From Flaccisagitta enflata (lineage: Eukaryota), in contig OZ231126.1 of assembly GCA_965153355.1 (NCBI GenBank), positions 34,100,001 to 34,164,000 on the forward strand: a stretch of DNA of 64,000 bases, written 5' to 3'. How positions within the stretch are numbered: the stretch's first letter is position 1; each line of letters opens with the position of its first letter. The notes below the pieces were generated by a model that was not told where the DNA came from, searched no databases, and worked only from the letters and a program-made list of their open reading frames with translations. Made by a program: the position numbers and the translations under genes. This document shows positions 1-38,142 of the stretch, piece by piece.

Positions 1-894
1 GGTTATGCTGCAGGGACATATTCCACACCTATTTGCAACACTTTTGGAATGACTTTATTTCATTTTTAAGACACTTGTAGACACTTAAAGACTTATCATT
101 AAAATACCACAGAAACAGTGATTTTAGCTCGCCCTTTCCACTTTGAACTTGAATATTTCCTGAACGACTTATCCGATTTACTTGAAATTTGAAACATAGT
201 TACTGCAGATATAGGTTGATAATCCCTCCAAAAATGAAGTTGATCGGATAACAGGAACAGTTTTTATTCAACCTAGAAAAATAGCTTAATTTTAGCACTC
301 TTGAGAAAAAAATTTTTTTAATGGGTCATAGTGCTCCAATTTTTTTGGAAGCCAAAAATATCAATTACTTTGTTTGTTCATGAAATTTCATAAAATGGTT
401 CACAAAAAAATTTATAAGAAAAATGTTTTTTACCAAAATTATCAAAATTTCAAACCTATAACTCCTTTTAAAATTCACATGAGTTGAAATTTTGCATACA
501 CATGGAGGGTTCTCAGCAATACTTCCATGCCAAAAATTACTATGCTAAGCTAATCATTTTAGAAATTATAGCAATTTTTCATTTTTTTGAAATTTTGGGT
601 TTTTAGTGCCATTTCCTTAAAAATTGGCCAAAAATATTTTTCAAAAAATGAAATTTGTAGCTCTGTCCATTGTTTACATGTAACATAAAAACAAAATTTT
701 AAAACAATTTTTGCCCACAATAGGATTTTAAGAAGAAAAAATTTTTGAGTAACCAAAACAAAATGCCCGGAACAGCTCCAAACCTCATTGGGTGGGGGTA
801 CCATAGGTGCACACCACAGAAAAATTTCAGATCTCATATCCTTGTAATTGAAGAGATATGGCTTCCCTCCTTATCACCAGTTCTTTGATTCCGG

Positions 895-1800
895 TACTGT
901 AAGTATGTAAGTATGTGAGTATGTAGGTAAGTATGTAAGTATATAGTAAGTATGTATGTAGGTATGTGGGCATGTAAGCATGTGTTAAAGTATGTATGAT
1001 GTAAGTATGTAGCATGTATGGCAATCACATAAGTATGTAAGTATGTAGCACAATGTATGTGTAGGTAAGTATGAAAGTAAGTAGTATGGCATGTAAGTAG
1101 GTAGGCATGTACATGTGGAGTTATGTATGTAAGATGTATAAGTATGTAAGCAGGTATGTAGGTATGTGGGCATGTAAGCATGAAGTACATAAGTATGTAA
1201 GTATGTAAGTATGTTACATGTATATGTAAGCATGTGTTACGTAAGTATGTTAGTATGTGAGCATAGGTAAGTAAGTATGTGGGCATGTGTTATGTAAGTA
1301 AGTGTAAGTATGTAAGTAGGTAAGTGTATGTAAGTATGTGAATATGTAGGTGAGCATGTAAGTATGTAAGTACATGTAGGCATGTGGCAAGTATGGGCAA
1401 GTATGTATAAGCACATGTATATATGTATGTAACTATGTATTATGTAAGTATGTAAGTATGTATGTATGTATGAAAGTATGCAGGCAGCATGTATGTATGT
1501 ATGTGTGTATGTACGTTTGTATGTATGGCATGTATAGCATGTATATGCAAGCAGCATGTAAGTATGTATAAGTATAATAAGTATGTAAGTATGTAGTATG
1601 TATGTAAGTATGTAAGTAAATATGTAAGTATGTATGTATGTAAGTATGTAAATATGTATGTTAAGTATGTAGTATGAAGTTATGTAGTTGTGTGTAGTAT
1701 GAAGTTGCGTAGTTTTGTGTAACTAAATATGTAAGTATGTTAAGTATGTAGTATGAAGTTATGTAGTTGTGTGTAGTATGAAGTTGTGTAGTTTTGTGTA
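895..1800. repeat. Degenerate (GTAT/GTAA)n simple repeat
   Basis: Continuous TATG/TAAG tetramer-octamer array; source of spurious H/T/Y-rich ORFs. Confidence 0.9.
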
Positions 1801-3594
1801 ACTTAGCACGCGACTGTTGGCCTGTTGGGCTTGTTTTCTTATCTAAAGCAGATGAAGTACAGTGGGACCCCGGCTCCATAACAATGCCTTTAAAGGAGTG
1901 ACGCCTGTAAAGGGCAAGATACTCAAGTAAAAAAAAACCTCTATTTGGCGCCATTTGAAATTAAGAATTTAACCCTTTCTTAGCTATGAATTTTAAAAAA
2001 TGGCTCAAATTCCCAAAGCAAAAAAAAAAAAAACTTTGTTTCCACCCCATGTTTCAAAAAGTCTAATTACATGATTCAATTTTTTTCCAACAAGATAAGT
2101 TGAGGGCCCCCATGGGTTGAGGGCACCAACGCGGCGGGACCATTTGGAGTTTTCATTGAGACCCAATATGCTTACATTGATTTCATGTGTATTGGCAACT
2201 TTGCAGCTTCAATTAATGGCATAATTTTGCCCAGTCCCTTGGCATGTGCTCCATGAAGCTCAACTGTATGTTCCTTTAGAATATCGCTTGTTTGGCCAAT
2301 GCGAGGGAGCATTTATGTGTGACAGCCTTCTGATGCAGTGGTCAAGCGAGCGATATGGAAGTTTAGGTTTGAGTGATAGTTTGATTTTAAGCTAAGTTTC
2401 TGTACGTCTTCTGTTCAAAAGATATTTCAGTGGGAATACATTGGAATGTTTCTATGGCAACCGGCCATGATGTGGACTAAGCATTCTATTGTTAATCTTG
2501 CAAATATCATTTTTCTAGCTCCATTTATCTTTCCATTCTGCTAGACAAAATCATGCTGGATAAAATTCACTGTATATTGTATGAAAATTTCACTTTTGTC
2601 ATAAAAACTATTCATGAAAATCTTGCAATATCTTTAAGGCTGTAGATGCAATGCATAGTTATGTTTGTATAAAAGCATTACTTTTATGAAAATCTAGTAT
2701 CTAGAAATAGCAAGCAGCAAATTGATCATTTTCACAAGAGTTATTTTTCTCACTAAAAGCAGATGAAATACAGTGGACACCAACTCCATAACAATGCCAT
2801 TAAAGGGCAAGATACCTAAGTCCATAAATTATTCAGGCTTTTAAGATGTTAAAATACCCCTGCTTAACAGCTCCTGCCTTAACAGTGACTTGCCTTTTTA
2901 GGTCAATTTCTTGGGCCCTTTAGGTTTTTTCCCCTTTAATAAAGGTCATTTTTTTTGTATTTGATAATAAGATGAAATAGAAACAAGGCCGGATTCAAGG
3001 CTACCCCAGTCACTTGGGGACGGGCAGGAACAGTGCTAAAGAAGGTCACTAGAGCATTTGGGCAGGAGCAGTTGGCTCAAAAAGCTCAAAAACGCTGAAA
3101 AAGTAAAAGAGGGGACCAACCAACCGACTGACCGACCAACAAACCGGCATAGTGGGGTGAAGAGTCGCGCAGCACGCGACTAACAAGTTGAATAATGAAA
3201 AAAATTATCAAAACAATGATTTGCAAAGAAAATTATCAAGATTTAGCATATTGAATCACATCAAAATTTCTTGTTAGTATTAGTCATATAACACATGATA
3301 TCTTTAGTCGCCTTCTATGCAACTCTAGACCCCGCTTTGTCAACCTGTTGGTCTGTGGTTCTGTCAGTCCGTCACACTTTACTTTTTTTGGGTTTGTTGT
3401 CTTTGGCCTCACTGCTCCTGCCCAAGTGATCAAGTGACCTCAAATACGGCTCCTGCCCACCTGCGACTGGGGTAGCTGTGTATCTGGCCTTATTTTCATA
3501 TCATGATGATAAAATTATGATAACAGGCCTCCTTTTTAATCGTCAAAAATATTCAGTCTCGTCAAGACTGTCTTTGCGAGGTCCTGCTCTATAT

Positions 3595-26624
<23,030 letters not shown>

Positions 26625-26817
26625 CTGGGAAGAAGGGTTGAATTTTCATTTATAATTTTATTGAAATATTTATTCAACTAACACTTGTTTACTAATCATT
26701 GTCCCAAGTTCAAGCAACTGTCAAATCAAAACTGTGATATTCAACCTGTTAAAGGCGTATCACTTAAAACAAGGCCGGATACACGGGCCAAGACGGTGCA
26801 CTGGGCGCTATTTATTC

Positions 26818-27050
26818 TTAGACCTATCCCTAGCTCCATAGGACCTATCCCTAGCTCTATCAGACCTATACTGAGCTCTATCAGACCTATCCCACGCTCT
26901 ATCAGACCTATCCCGAGCTCTATCAGACCTATGCCGAGCTGTATCAGACCTATCCCGAGCTCTATCGGACCTATCCCGAGCTCTATTAGACCTAGCCGAC
27001 CTATCACCAGCTCTATCAGACCTCTCCCCAGCTCTATCAGACCTAACCGC
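26818..27050. repeat. 21-bp minisatellite (AGACCTATCCCGAGCTCTATC)n, ~11 copies
   Basis: Direct tandem repeat inside a family-1 DINE-like start (AACAAGGCCGGATACACGG at 26769). Confidence 0.9.
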
Positions 27051-27982
27051 AGCTGATTACTGAAGTGGACGAAATGACGAGTATCATCGATGATGAACGA
27101 AATGAGCTTTCAATTTCATGATAATCGGACTACTCATCTATTTGCCACATATCTTTGAAGAAAATATGTTATTTCTGACCACATCAGTTTCTATTTTTGA
27201 CTCCTTATTGTACTTTGGAGTTTCTGTTTTTACATGTTTGCCATTTTTCATCAAATTGAGCTAGAACCGTGAGATTGGTCTCAAATGACAGATTATTTGT
27301 CATAGATTCTAGATCTCCTAAAAAATTTGGAAGTTTTTCACTATTTGCAACTGTTTTGATTGAGCTTTTTGAAAATTACAATTAAAACCTTAATGAGGTT
27401 TGACAAAAATCATTGAAAAGTCTTCAAATATTCAAAGATTCCCTGATTTCAAAATTGTTGAGCGATCTATTTTCAAATATCTTTCATTTAAGACCAATCC
27501 CAGGATTCTAGCTCAATTAGATTAAAAATGGCAAGCATTTAAAGTAAGCAACTGCCAGGTATATTTATAAAAAAGATGATTTTTCACCAAAAATGGCTGT
27601 TCTTTTGATTTTTTACTGACACACATCTATCAATTTCTAAAAGTTGAGGTTTGGTATGAAAAAACTGCAGACCAAGATCTTTTTAAATTTTTTTTCAGAA
27701 ATTAATTTGAGTTCCTAGAAGCAAAGATATGTCGATTCTTTATGTTACAACTCACTTAAAACACCCTGTAAATGACCTTTGAAAGAACCAAAAGGGTGAT
27801 CAACAGACCGATCGACAAAGCGGGCATCAGAAACGCGTGCACGCGATTGAAAATTACGACAAATGAGAACGATTACGAGTCCATTACGACAATGAAACCA
27901 TCTTCTCGGCACGAATCTCTGATATAATCACCGTTGGTGGAGACGAAGTCCGAGGTCCTGCTTGCCAATGCACATTCGTCGA

Positions 27983-28043
<61 letters not shown>

Positions 28044-28661
28044 TGAGAGAGAGAGAGACAGAGAGACAGAGAGACAGAGAGAGAGAGACAGAGAGAGAGA
28101 GATGAATATCCAAAGGATGAGCTTCATGCTTCAGAAAAAGAGTCGTCAGCGCAAATAAACAAGCCCATCAAAAGGGGCGGTTGGGCAGGGGCAGTACTAC
28201 AAACAAGACCAGATACACGGCTAAGCAAGTCGCGTGCGGGTGGGAAGGGGCCGTATTTGAGGTCACTTGATCATTTGGGCAGGAGCAGTGAGGCCTAAGA
28301 CCACAAAAAAAAAAACAAAAACAAAAAAAGAAAAGTGTGACGGACAGACGGATGGATGGATGGACAGACGGACGGACGGGTGCGGACGGACGGACTGACA
28401 AAGCGGGGTGTACGCATTTTTTCGCTATACTGCCCCAGCCCACCCGTCCGTGATTGGGGGTCCGTTCATACGGCCTTTTTTTTTTAATGGAGTCTTTGTT
28501 CATGTAATAACACTAATAAGTGTTTCATACACTTTTATCTATACCAGTACACCTATTACTTATATACATCTAATAACCTATTACTTATATACATCTTATA
28601 AGTATAATAAATAAAAACAATCATTAGCCCTGATTACAGTTCACAGAGAGGTAAGAGATTC

Positions 28662-29326
28662 CACGGCGGTCTTTTATTCCGCATAAGCTAGGGATGAGTG
28701 TCCAGAGATGTGAGTGTTGGATTAGTGTTCCGTGTCACTTAGGGAACACAAATCACTCTTCGGTAAGTTTTTTCTAAAGCAAAGTTCCTTTTAAAATCAT
28801 TCTGACGAGGAGAAAGAAAATACCAGCTCTTGGTTCAAATCGTCACATTTTTTTAAACGTTAGAAAATCATATCTCTTCTTCTAATAAAGCCACAATGCT
28901 GGGATTGAGCTCATTCGACGGCTTTGTTTAAGTAGTTTCTCTGTGTAAAATTTCAACTCAATCGGTCAAGGGGTTGCGGAGAAAATTGAATTTCTTTGTG
29001 AAAAAAGGAAATTGAATTTAACTGTTTTTAGTGGCTCATTCAGTAACATACTAGGAATGCAAATGAACGTGATTTCTGACAGCTATGGTCAAGATTAGTC
29101 TTTAGTGTGTAATGATAAATACAGTATCAACCGCACATCCATGAGAATTCATGTCTGTCTGTCGGTCTACCTGTCCATCACACGAAATGAATGATTAATT
29201 AATTCCTGTTATGTACCTCTTGTGCCTTACCACTTTCATTTTCGTGGCTTTGTCCGGGCATACATTCATTTATTCATTCATTCATTCATTCATTCATTCA
29301 TTCATTCATTCATTCATTCATTCATT

Positions 29327-29411
<85 letters not shown>

Positions 29412-32094
29412 AGACAGACAGACAGAGAATATTGCTCAATCTCAGCTTTGAGGTCCAAGAGGCCCAGATCCCAACTACAAGGCTGAGATTTGTGCCTCCA
29501 AGCTGGGATCTGGGCCTTCTGGCGGGGATTCAGGCATTGAGGCCAGGATTAGGGCCTCAAGGGTGGGATGTGGGCCTTGAGACTGGGGTTTGGGCCTCAA
29601 GACTGAAATTTAGGCCTCAAGACTGGGTTTTGAGGGGGAGGGGGACGGAGGAGAAGAAGAAGGAGAAAATCCCCCATATGTGTGAAAGCATAGATCATCG
29701 ACCCCTATGGGGCCGCTACCCTGCTTCCCCTCGAACTTTAACCACAACCTACTTAGGCGGGGCAGGGGTACCGCTGATCATCTAACGTTTTTGCGACTAT
29801 TACTTTTTTGGCGTTTTTAAGCTTTTTGAGCTCACTGCTCCTGCCTGAATGCCAAATTGACCTTTTCTATCGATGCCCCTGCCCACCCGCACGCAACTGG
29901 GGTAGCCGTGTATCCGGCCATACCTTTCAAGAAATATCCAACCATGGAAAGACTACAAACAAATATATGAATTTTTTTAATGCATGCTTAGTTAGCGCTG
30001 AGTACACCTAGATCAGTCATAGCGTGTTTTTAGTGAGGACGACAATTGCATTTCTTTCTGTGAAACACGATTACAGCGTAAACACATGACCATGAATATC
30101 AACCATCCTGCAAGGGAGTGAGCAAAGTGAGTGAGCAAGCCCATAAACAGAGCGAGCGAGCAAAGCAAATTCATAAGCGGAGAAAGCGGTGCGAGCGAAC
30201 GAATAATGCGAGCGACCAAAAGGCCCATTAATATCGCGATTGTCCGTGACTAGAAACAAGCCCTTAGTCTACAAACTGCAAATACTTAAGTTTTTCAGTC
30301 GCGTGTTACACAACTAGAGCTACACCCCGCTATGTCCGTTGGTCGGTCAGTCGGTTGGTCGGTAGGCCAACCCGAATGCTCTTGTGACCTCAAATTTGGC
30401 CCATGCCAACCCGCAAGTAACTGGGGTAGCCGTGTATCTGGCCTAGTTTTCTTTCTATGCATCCTGTACCTCGAAGCATCAATTGTGATAGGCTACGAGA
30501 AAACATGGCGAGCAGGAAAAGTAAAGTATTTGCCCGTTTCTACGTCGAGATTTTACCTAATGATCGGCTCAAACTTGACACTAAAAAACTTTTGAGCATC
30601 TTTAGCTGTTTGTCTCGACGCTTTGAACCTTTGGTATTTCTCTAAAGCAAATTGAACAAGTGACGCGGGGTCACAATATTGTTGCGGATGGGTGGGCAGG
30701 GGCATCCAACCCTTATTCATAGCTCAACCCCCACCCCACACACAAACAACGATCGCACATGGTCAGCGGTACCCGATGCCCTGCTTGGAGTGATCAGCGG
30801 AAGAAGTGGAGTGAGAGCAGGGCAGCGGCCAATATTCTGTAGGACACAGGGGTGAATTTCCAGACGTCCTGAGTAAGCACATTTAAGGGCTGAATAGATT
30901 GATTGGAGCACAGTAATGAGATCAGGGATAAGGCCAGATTAGACGGCTAAATTGAGATCCAAATGGTCAGATATTAGGTTTGAGAGAGCGGTTTTTGGGC
31001 AGCGGCTCCGAAGGGGTCGATGACCTATGCTTTCACACATATGGGGAATTTTCTCCTTCTCCTCCTCCTCCTCCTCCTTCTCCTTCTTCGTACCCCCCTC
31101 AAATCCTAGTCTTGAGGCCCAAATTTCAGTCTCGAGGCCCAAATCCCAGTCTCGAGGCCCAAATCCAAGCCTCCAGGCCCAAATCCTAGCATCCAGGCCC
31201 AAACCCAAGCCTGGAGGCCCAGATTCTAGCCTTGAGGCCAAAATCTCAGCCTCAAGGTCCAAACTCCAGCTAAGAGGCCCAGTTCCCAGCCTCGAGGCCC
31301 AAATCTCAGCCTCCAGGCTAGGATTTGGGCCTGGAGGCTAGGATTTGGGCCTGGAGGCTTGGATTTGGGCCTCGAGACTGGGATTTGGGCCTCGAGACTG
31401 GAATTTGGGCCTCAAGACTGGGATTTGAGGGGGGGACGGAGAAGGAGGAGGAGGAGGAGGAGGAGGAGGAGAAAATTCCCCATATGTGTGAAAGCATAGG
31501 TCATCAACCCCTTTGGGGCCGCTGCCCTGCTCCCCCCTCCACTTTTACCACAACCTACTTAGGCAGGGCACGGGTACCGCTGACCACCTAACGCTTTTGC
31601 GACTATTAGGCCTGAAATGGTTGATCTTGGGCTTGACAAGGCTGATTTAGGGCCTCAACGGGCGGATTTTGGGCTTGAGAGAGCTAATTTTGGATCTGAG
31701 AAGGCTGATTTTGGACCTAAGAGGGCTGATTTTGGGCCTGAGAGGGCTGATCTGGGGCCTAAGATGGCTGTTTAAGGCCTCGGGGGGAGGGGGGGGACAG
31801 ACGGACAGACAGATGGACAAACGGATGTATGGACGGACATCTGGAAATTCACCCCTGTGTCCTAAAGGACATAGGCCCTTTGGGGCTGCTGCCCAAAAAG
31901 TATCACAAATGCTGTTATTTCCACTGTTCGACTTGATCACCATGGACGTATGGACGGACTGACGGACAGACGGATGGACGGATGGACAGATGGACAGACG
32001 GATGGACAAAGCCTCTTTTAGAGTTGCGTGTCTGCAACTAAAAATCGGACGTCAGATCTGCTTAAAAATTCAAACGCTCTCTGTCTCTATATGT

Positions 32095-32141
<47 letters not shown>

Positions 32142-32420
32142 GCCCATCAGTCTTTCCGTCTGTGCCAGTCTGTGCTCTGCCGTATTTATCTGTTTCAGTC
32201 TGTGTTTCCGTCTGCTTCATGTTTCAGTCTGTCTGTGTTTCCGTCTGTTTCAGTTTGTCTGTCTTTCCGTCTGTTTCAGTCTGTTTTCCATCTGTTTCAG
32301 TCTGTCTGTCTTGCTGTCTGTTTCGGTCTATCTGTATTTCCGTCTGTCTGCCTTTCTGCCTGTCTGCCAGTCTGCCTGTCTTTCCATTCTGTCTGTCTTG
32401 CCAGTCTGTCTGTCTGCCTA

Positions 32421-32453
<33 letters not shown>

Positions 32454-32922
32454 GTTAGTCTGTCTGTCTGTCTGTCTCTCTGTCTGTCTCTCGCTCTTGC
32501 TCTCACTCTTTCATGGCATGGAACGGTTGAAGACCTTGCGAAATTTCCATGAAAAAAAGAAGATAATTGTTTTGTCATTTTTGAAATACAAATCCAATTT
32601 GCTAGGCCACCGTTTGACCGATTGAGATGAAATTTCACACAGAGAAACTACTTAAAAAATGCCATCGAATGAGCCCAATCCCAGTATTGTGGCGTCATTA
32701 GAAGAAGAGTTATGATTTTCTAAAGATTAAAAAATTTCGATCGTTTTGAGCAAATAACTGTTATTTTCATTCACATTGAGAAAGCGATTTTAACAAAAAA
32801 TGTGCTTTAGTAAAAACTTGCCGAAGGGTGATTTGTGTTCCCTAAACAGCATGAAACACTTCTCCACCCTTCAGGTCTTTGGACACTCAATGCTGGCTTA
32901 TGCGGAATAAAAGACCGCCGTG
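28662..32922. mobile_element. Chapaev-like (CMC) non-autonomous element, ~4.3 kb, containing nested insertions
   Basis: TIR CACGGCGGTCTTTTATTCCGCATAAGC extending imperfectly ~300 bp; 4-bp TSD ATTC; CAC..GTG termini. Confidence 0.7.
30993..31607. mobile_element. Helentron/DINE-like element, family 2, with 21-bp minisatellite core (representative copy)
   Basis: TTTGGGCAGCGGC..AAGGGG subterminal IR paired with CCCTT.GGGGCCGCTGCCC, then short stem-loop GGGTACCGCTGACC; relatives at approximately 29430, 31610, 35520, 39799, 55315 and 56137. Confidence 0.6.
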
Positions 32923-34514
32923 ATTCACCAAGCAAAATAAAAAAGTTTTAAATTTATTAAATCGTAAAATCTGTCGATGTGCGTCAAAGTTGCTACAATC
33001 TCACTGGCCCAGAAGATATTTTTTGTCTCTTCATATATCCAAGCAGAAAATGATATGTAAGTCAATACTTAGCTGACCAGTTTGGTTTGAGAAAAAAAAT
33101 TGATCTTCGTGCCTAATATTAGGAGAAGATGAGCCAACAAGGCCGGATACACGGCCAATACCAGTTGCGGACGGGTGGGCAGGGGCGGAAATGCGCGTTT
33201 TCCTACTTTTCGACTCGTGTCCACGGACGGACCAACGGACGGATCAACGGACGGACGGACAAAGCCTCTTATAGAGTTGCGTGTCCGCAACTAAAAACAG
33301 CAAAAAGATTAAAAACACTTTGGCTGAGTACAAAACATGTCTCTATAACGAAATGAGGCCGTATACTCTCCCCCATTCGCGGACGGGTGAGCAGGGGCAG
33401 TATAGAAAAATACCACTAACATCTCGGAAAGGTTACGGACAAACCGCGAAACTAACTTCTACCAATGTACGGACGGACAGACGGAAGGACATGGACAGAC
33501 CGAACGATCGACTGACAAATCGGGGGATTGAGTCGCGTTCACGCGAATAAAACTTATTCACTGAAAAATGTTGCTCTTATCTGTAAAAGTCCGTCAACTA
33601 AATCCATCATCCATGTGATGACTGAAGCGGCCCAGACTAAATGACATACTATCAGACCGGCAGACAGGCTGGAAGAACAACGGTAACTGGATTCATAGGG
33701 AGGAGAATGCGCAACTGAAAACATACCCGTCCAAGCGTCGCGTCAATACCCATAAGCACAAAAAGGGGAAGTTTCGAACATTGGTCATCATCTTGAATCG
33801 CTGCGATGCGCAGATACGTCAAGAACTTGCAGTACTTGTGAGAGCATCGAAAAAAAGCATCGAAAAAAAAATTGATTAAAAAAGAATAAGTACAATCAGT
33901 CAGAAGACAATTCGCTATTGATCGGTACTAAAAGCACTAGTTAAGGCACGATTCGAGATTCGTCGGGCAAACTATAAACAAGCCCGACCAGGCAACAATG
34001 TGTCTGGGCTGTGTCTCTATGTGTATTGATCATGTGAAATATATGGAGAGAAAGATGGACGAACAGACAGGGAGAAAAGGCTCTCAAAACATGTTGGTTG
34101 ATCATTTGTTTCAGTATAGGATCTCACCGTGGCCAAAAACAGATGAGAAACGCGGTTTTTGCACAGGCATAACGGACTGACCAACTAACAGACGGATGGA
34201 CCGAAAGACGGACAGACCCTCTTATAGAGATGCTTTCCTGACGGATGCATCTAAAAATACGTCCACACTCTGTAACACCAATTTTACACTTAGACACAGG
34301 GTTGTTTCTTACTCTGGAATAATTAAGTTCTATTTCCATGGCGCATGATCTCACGGCGCAATGCGATAGTTTAATAGTGGCACGTGCCATGGCACACCAT
34401 TGGCACGCATTTGGCACATCTGTTAGCACACTTTTTGGTTTCATTTTTAATATAAACTAAAGACAGCAGATTTACAGATCAGTGAAATTATGACACTATA
34501 TTATTAATGAAGAT

Positions 34515-34584
<70 letters not shown>

Positions 34585-35374
34585 TTCAAGGAGTACAGGT
34601 ACACTTGTACATGCTAACGTGGACTGATCACAGGAATACCACGAAAACATCACAATAGATTTTATCCTCAGTGTATTTTTTTGGAGGAAACATAAAGTGT
34701 GCCAATATGTGTGCCAACGGGCGTGCCAATAGGCTACTATGGCACATGCCAACTAATAAGTGAATAGAGCCTTTATAATGCGCATGATCTAAACAAGTAT
34801 TAAATCACATATTGATGGATTTATCTCTATGATTCAGTCTACAACTGATGTCACAAAGTGTGGACATATTTCTTAAAGTTGGCCCGGTGAATCTTGAATC
34901 TTGCCTTTAGCGTAATTGTATGGAGTCAGGTTTCTGGTATACGTATGGCACGATTCGCGGTCTCGCAGGCGGAGCATGAGTAAAATAAGCCATTTTCAAA
35001 ATCAAATAAATATAACATATCTATACATCATTGTGAAGGTAATACTTTACTTTATATGAATTCACCTCTGGAATTCGTTAGCAGGGTCAAATCTTCATGC
35101 AAATTACGTTATAATGACAACATATAAAATTTCCCTTACTTTCAAAATTTGACCATTTGATGAAGTAAGATCGACCAGTAAGAGTCTATATTGGTGCAAA
35201 GACATAGGGGCAGATGTGTTTACACTATATTGATCATTGGGCAGGAGTAGTTTCGAATGAAATTCAATGCAAAAACCAAAAAAGTTCAAAATATCAATGA
35301 TTCCCTTTTCTACTCAGCCTCTCTTCTTCATCATTTTCATTCTCATCTTCACTTTCTTCTCATTTGTCTTCTTT

Positions 35375-35410
<36 letters not shown>

Positions 35411-37918
35411 CTCCTCTTCTTCTTCTTCTTCTTCTTTTTTTTCAACTTTTTCTTCTATAAATTCTTCTTCTTCTTCTCTTTTATCACCTTTATGTCCTCC
35501 AACTTCTTCCCTTTCTTCCTTCACACATATGGGGGATTTTCTCCTCCTTCTCCGTCCGTCCGTCCATCCCCCCAGTCTCGAGGCCCAAATCCCAGTCCCG
35601 AGACCCGAATCCCAGTCTCGTGGCCTAAATCCTATCCAAAAGGCCCAGATCCTGGCCTCAAGGCACAAATATCTAGCCTGGAGACCCAAATCCCAGCCTT
35701 GGCGCCCAAATCTCATCCTTTAGGCTCAAATCCCAGCCGCGAGGCCCAAATCTAAGCCTCAAGGCTCATATCCCAGCCTCACAGATGAGATTTGGGTCTC
35801 AAAGCTGGGATTTAGGCCTCCAGGCTAAGATTTGGGCCTTGAGGCTAGGATTTGGTCCTTTTGGATAGGATTTGGGCCACGAGACTGGGATTTGGGTCTT
35901 GGGACTGGGATTTGGGCCTCAAGACTGGGAGGCGGGCGGGCGGACGGAGGAGGAGGAGAAGATCCGCCATATGTGTGAAAGCATAGGTCATCGACCCCTT
36001 CGGGGCCGCTGCCCTGCTTCCCCTTCAACTTCCAGCACAACCTACTTGGGCAGGGCACAGGTACCACTGACCATCTAACGCTTTTGCGACTATTCTTCTT
36101 TTTTTTTTCTTTTTTTTTTTCTTCTTCTTTTTCCAGATACACGGCTACCAGATTTTAGGTGACCATGTTGAAGTTTGAACAATTCAGTTTCACAAAACTT
36201 GATGTATTAAAGGGAATCTCAGCGTTATGAATGCGTTATGGGGTGTGAACAAAATTTGTATCGCATCTTTGTAAATGCATATCACTGAACTGATCATCGA
36301 GATAAAGTGAATTTGGCATGTAAACTGCCATGTCTTCATCAAACGGACTAAAGAGGAACAAGGCTGGATACACGGCTAACACCAGTTGCGGACAGGTGGG
36401 CAGGGGCGAAAATGCGAGTTTTCATACTTCTCGACTCGTGTTCAATGATGGACGGACAGACGGACCGACGGACAGACCGACGGACAAAGGCTTTTTTAGA
36501 GTTGTGTGTCCGCAACGAGAAAGTTGTGAAAACAGAGAAAAGTGCTATTTTCATGACTCCATAAAGAAAATTTTAAAAAACGTCAAAAATCTTCTGATAC
36601 TTCAACATGATTTTTTTCTCGTGTCAACCAGAATCTAGACAAATAAGAATATCCATTTTTTCCAAAATGTTCCTTCATTCTTGTTACGCTTTACTTCCAT
36701 CAAAGTTAGAGCGACTTTTAAGCAACAGACCAAAATGAGCTAATTGAGGCCTTTTTTGGGCCACATTGACCTAAGATATGTCGCCCTAGAGATTGAAAAG
36801 TGTGCCCAGAGTCGTTTGTCATGTCCGGTGCGCCATGTGATGAATGAGGCTGTCAAATATATTGTCATATCATAGGATTTAGGGCGCTTTTCTAGTCACA
36901 GAAAATCGCGTTTTAAACAGGCCACTTGGTCGCTTGATATGTTCATCTGCTTGCACCGCTCATTCCGCTACACTTGCTACGCTTGCTTGCTCCATTCACA
37001 AGCTCGCTCACTTTATTTAGAAGCTCGCTCACTCCGCTCACTTCCTCGTTGGACACTGAAATTTATAGATATGTGTTCATGCTGAAAACGCATTCAACGC
37101 GTATTTCTAGAACGAGGAAACATGCCCTTACACGGCCTGCTGGATTCCAAATTGTATCTGTAATTGTAACGTGAAATATTGGATGACGCAAAATTGGCTG
37201 ATATATTGATTTCTGAACGATACAGCCCCTGCCGAGCCCCGCTCACCCGCTTACTGCCCCTGCTCACCTGCATTGCTGCACCTGCCCATCCGCCAGCGAC
37301 TACTTATTGGTTGTTAATGCGGCTTTGGTTATTTAAAACCGGAGTATGCAAGGGAGAAAAAACTGTCAAATACACCATTTTTACGGCAAATTCAAGGCAT
37401 GCTCTAACAGCATGTTTTTGGCATCAGATCATACATAATGTTAATGCGATAAGATGGAATTGTTACATGAATATGTCTGAAGCCTACCTACTTTGTTTTT
37501 CATAATCTTAGAGCGATTGTAGCGGAATCTGAGAAAAAAACATCAAAAAAACCTGCAATTTTGCTGTTTTTACAGCATTTTACAGCATATACTGATACTA
37601 ATTTTCGACATCTTAAGATCAATTCTTTTCAAAATAGTGTCCCTAGACCAGTTTCACTAATTTTGAGTACTGATGAATCAATGCTGCAGTATATCAAAGA
37701 GAAATACGTAAAAAACAGTAAAAAATGCTATTTTTACAGCATTTTTACAGCATTTTACAGCATTAATTCAAAATTCTATCGGGAAATTTTTGAGAATTTA
37801 GTATGAAGTGATAAATTAAGTATTCCCGATGCCCATCCCAATGGTTGTTTTTACCTCCTGTTCTTTTTTGAACGCCTAAAGCCTCCAACAATGCGTGACT
37901 ATCAAAAAACTTGAGGCA

Positions 37919-38142
37919 GCTATAAGAAATGTGTTCACACCTAAAGACATGGAATCACAAAAAAACTCATAAATCAAGAATGCCTAGACTGAGGGACTTG
38001 AAATTTTAGGGTTAGATGCAGAATTTGATGCTCTTTCAGACCATACCCAGTGCAAACTTCCCTAGTTTCTGATGATGGGTCTCAATACTAGGAATCACAG
38101 TGTGACATAAGCGTGACAGGGTGTGAACACATTTCTTATAGC
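37919..38142. mobile_element. Small MITE
   Basis: Inverted repeat GCTATAAGAAATGTGTTCACACC at both ends; TSD not resolved. Confidence 0.5.

Noticed and set aside
827-1557. His/Thr/Tyr-rich ORFs
   Set aside because: Translation of a tetranucleotide simple repeat.
33560-33850. Possible minus-strand exon supplying the missing N-terminus of the F5/8C gene
   Set aside because: A GTATGT donor exists, but the phase-1 frame has a stop and no convincing signal peptide is encoded.
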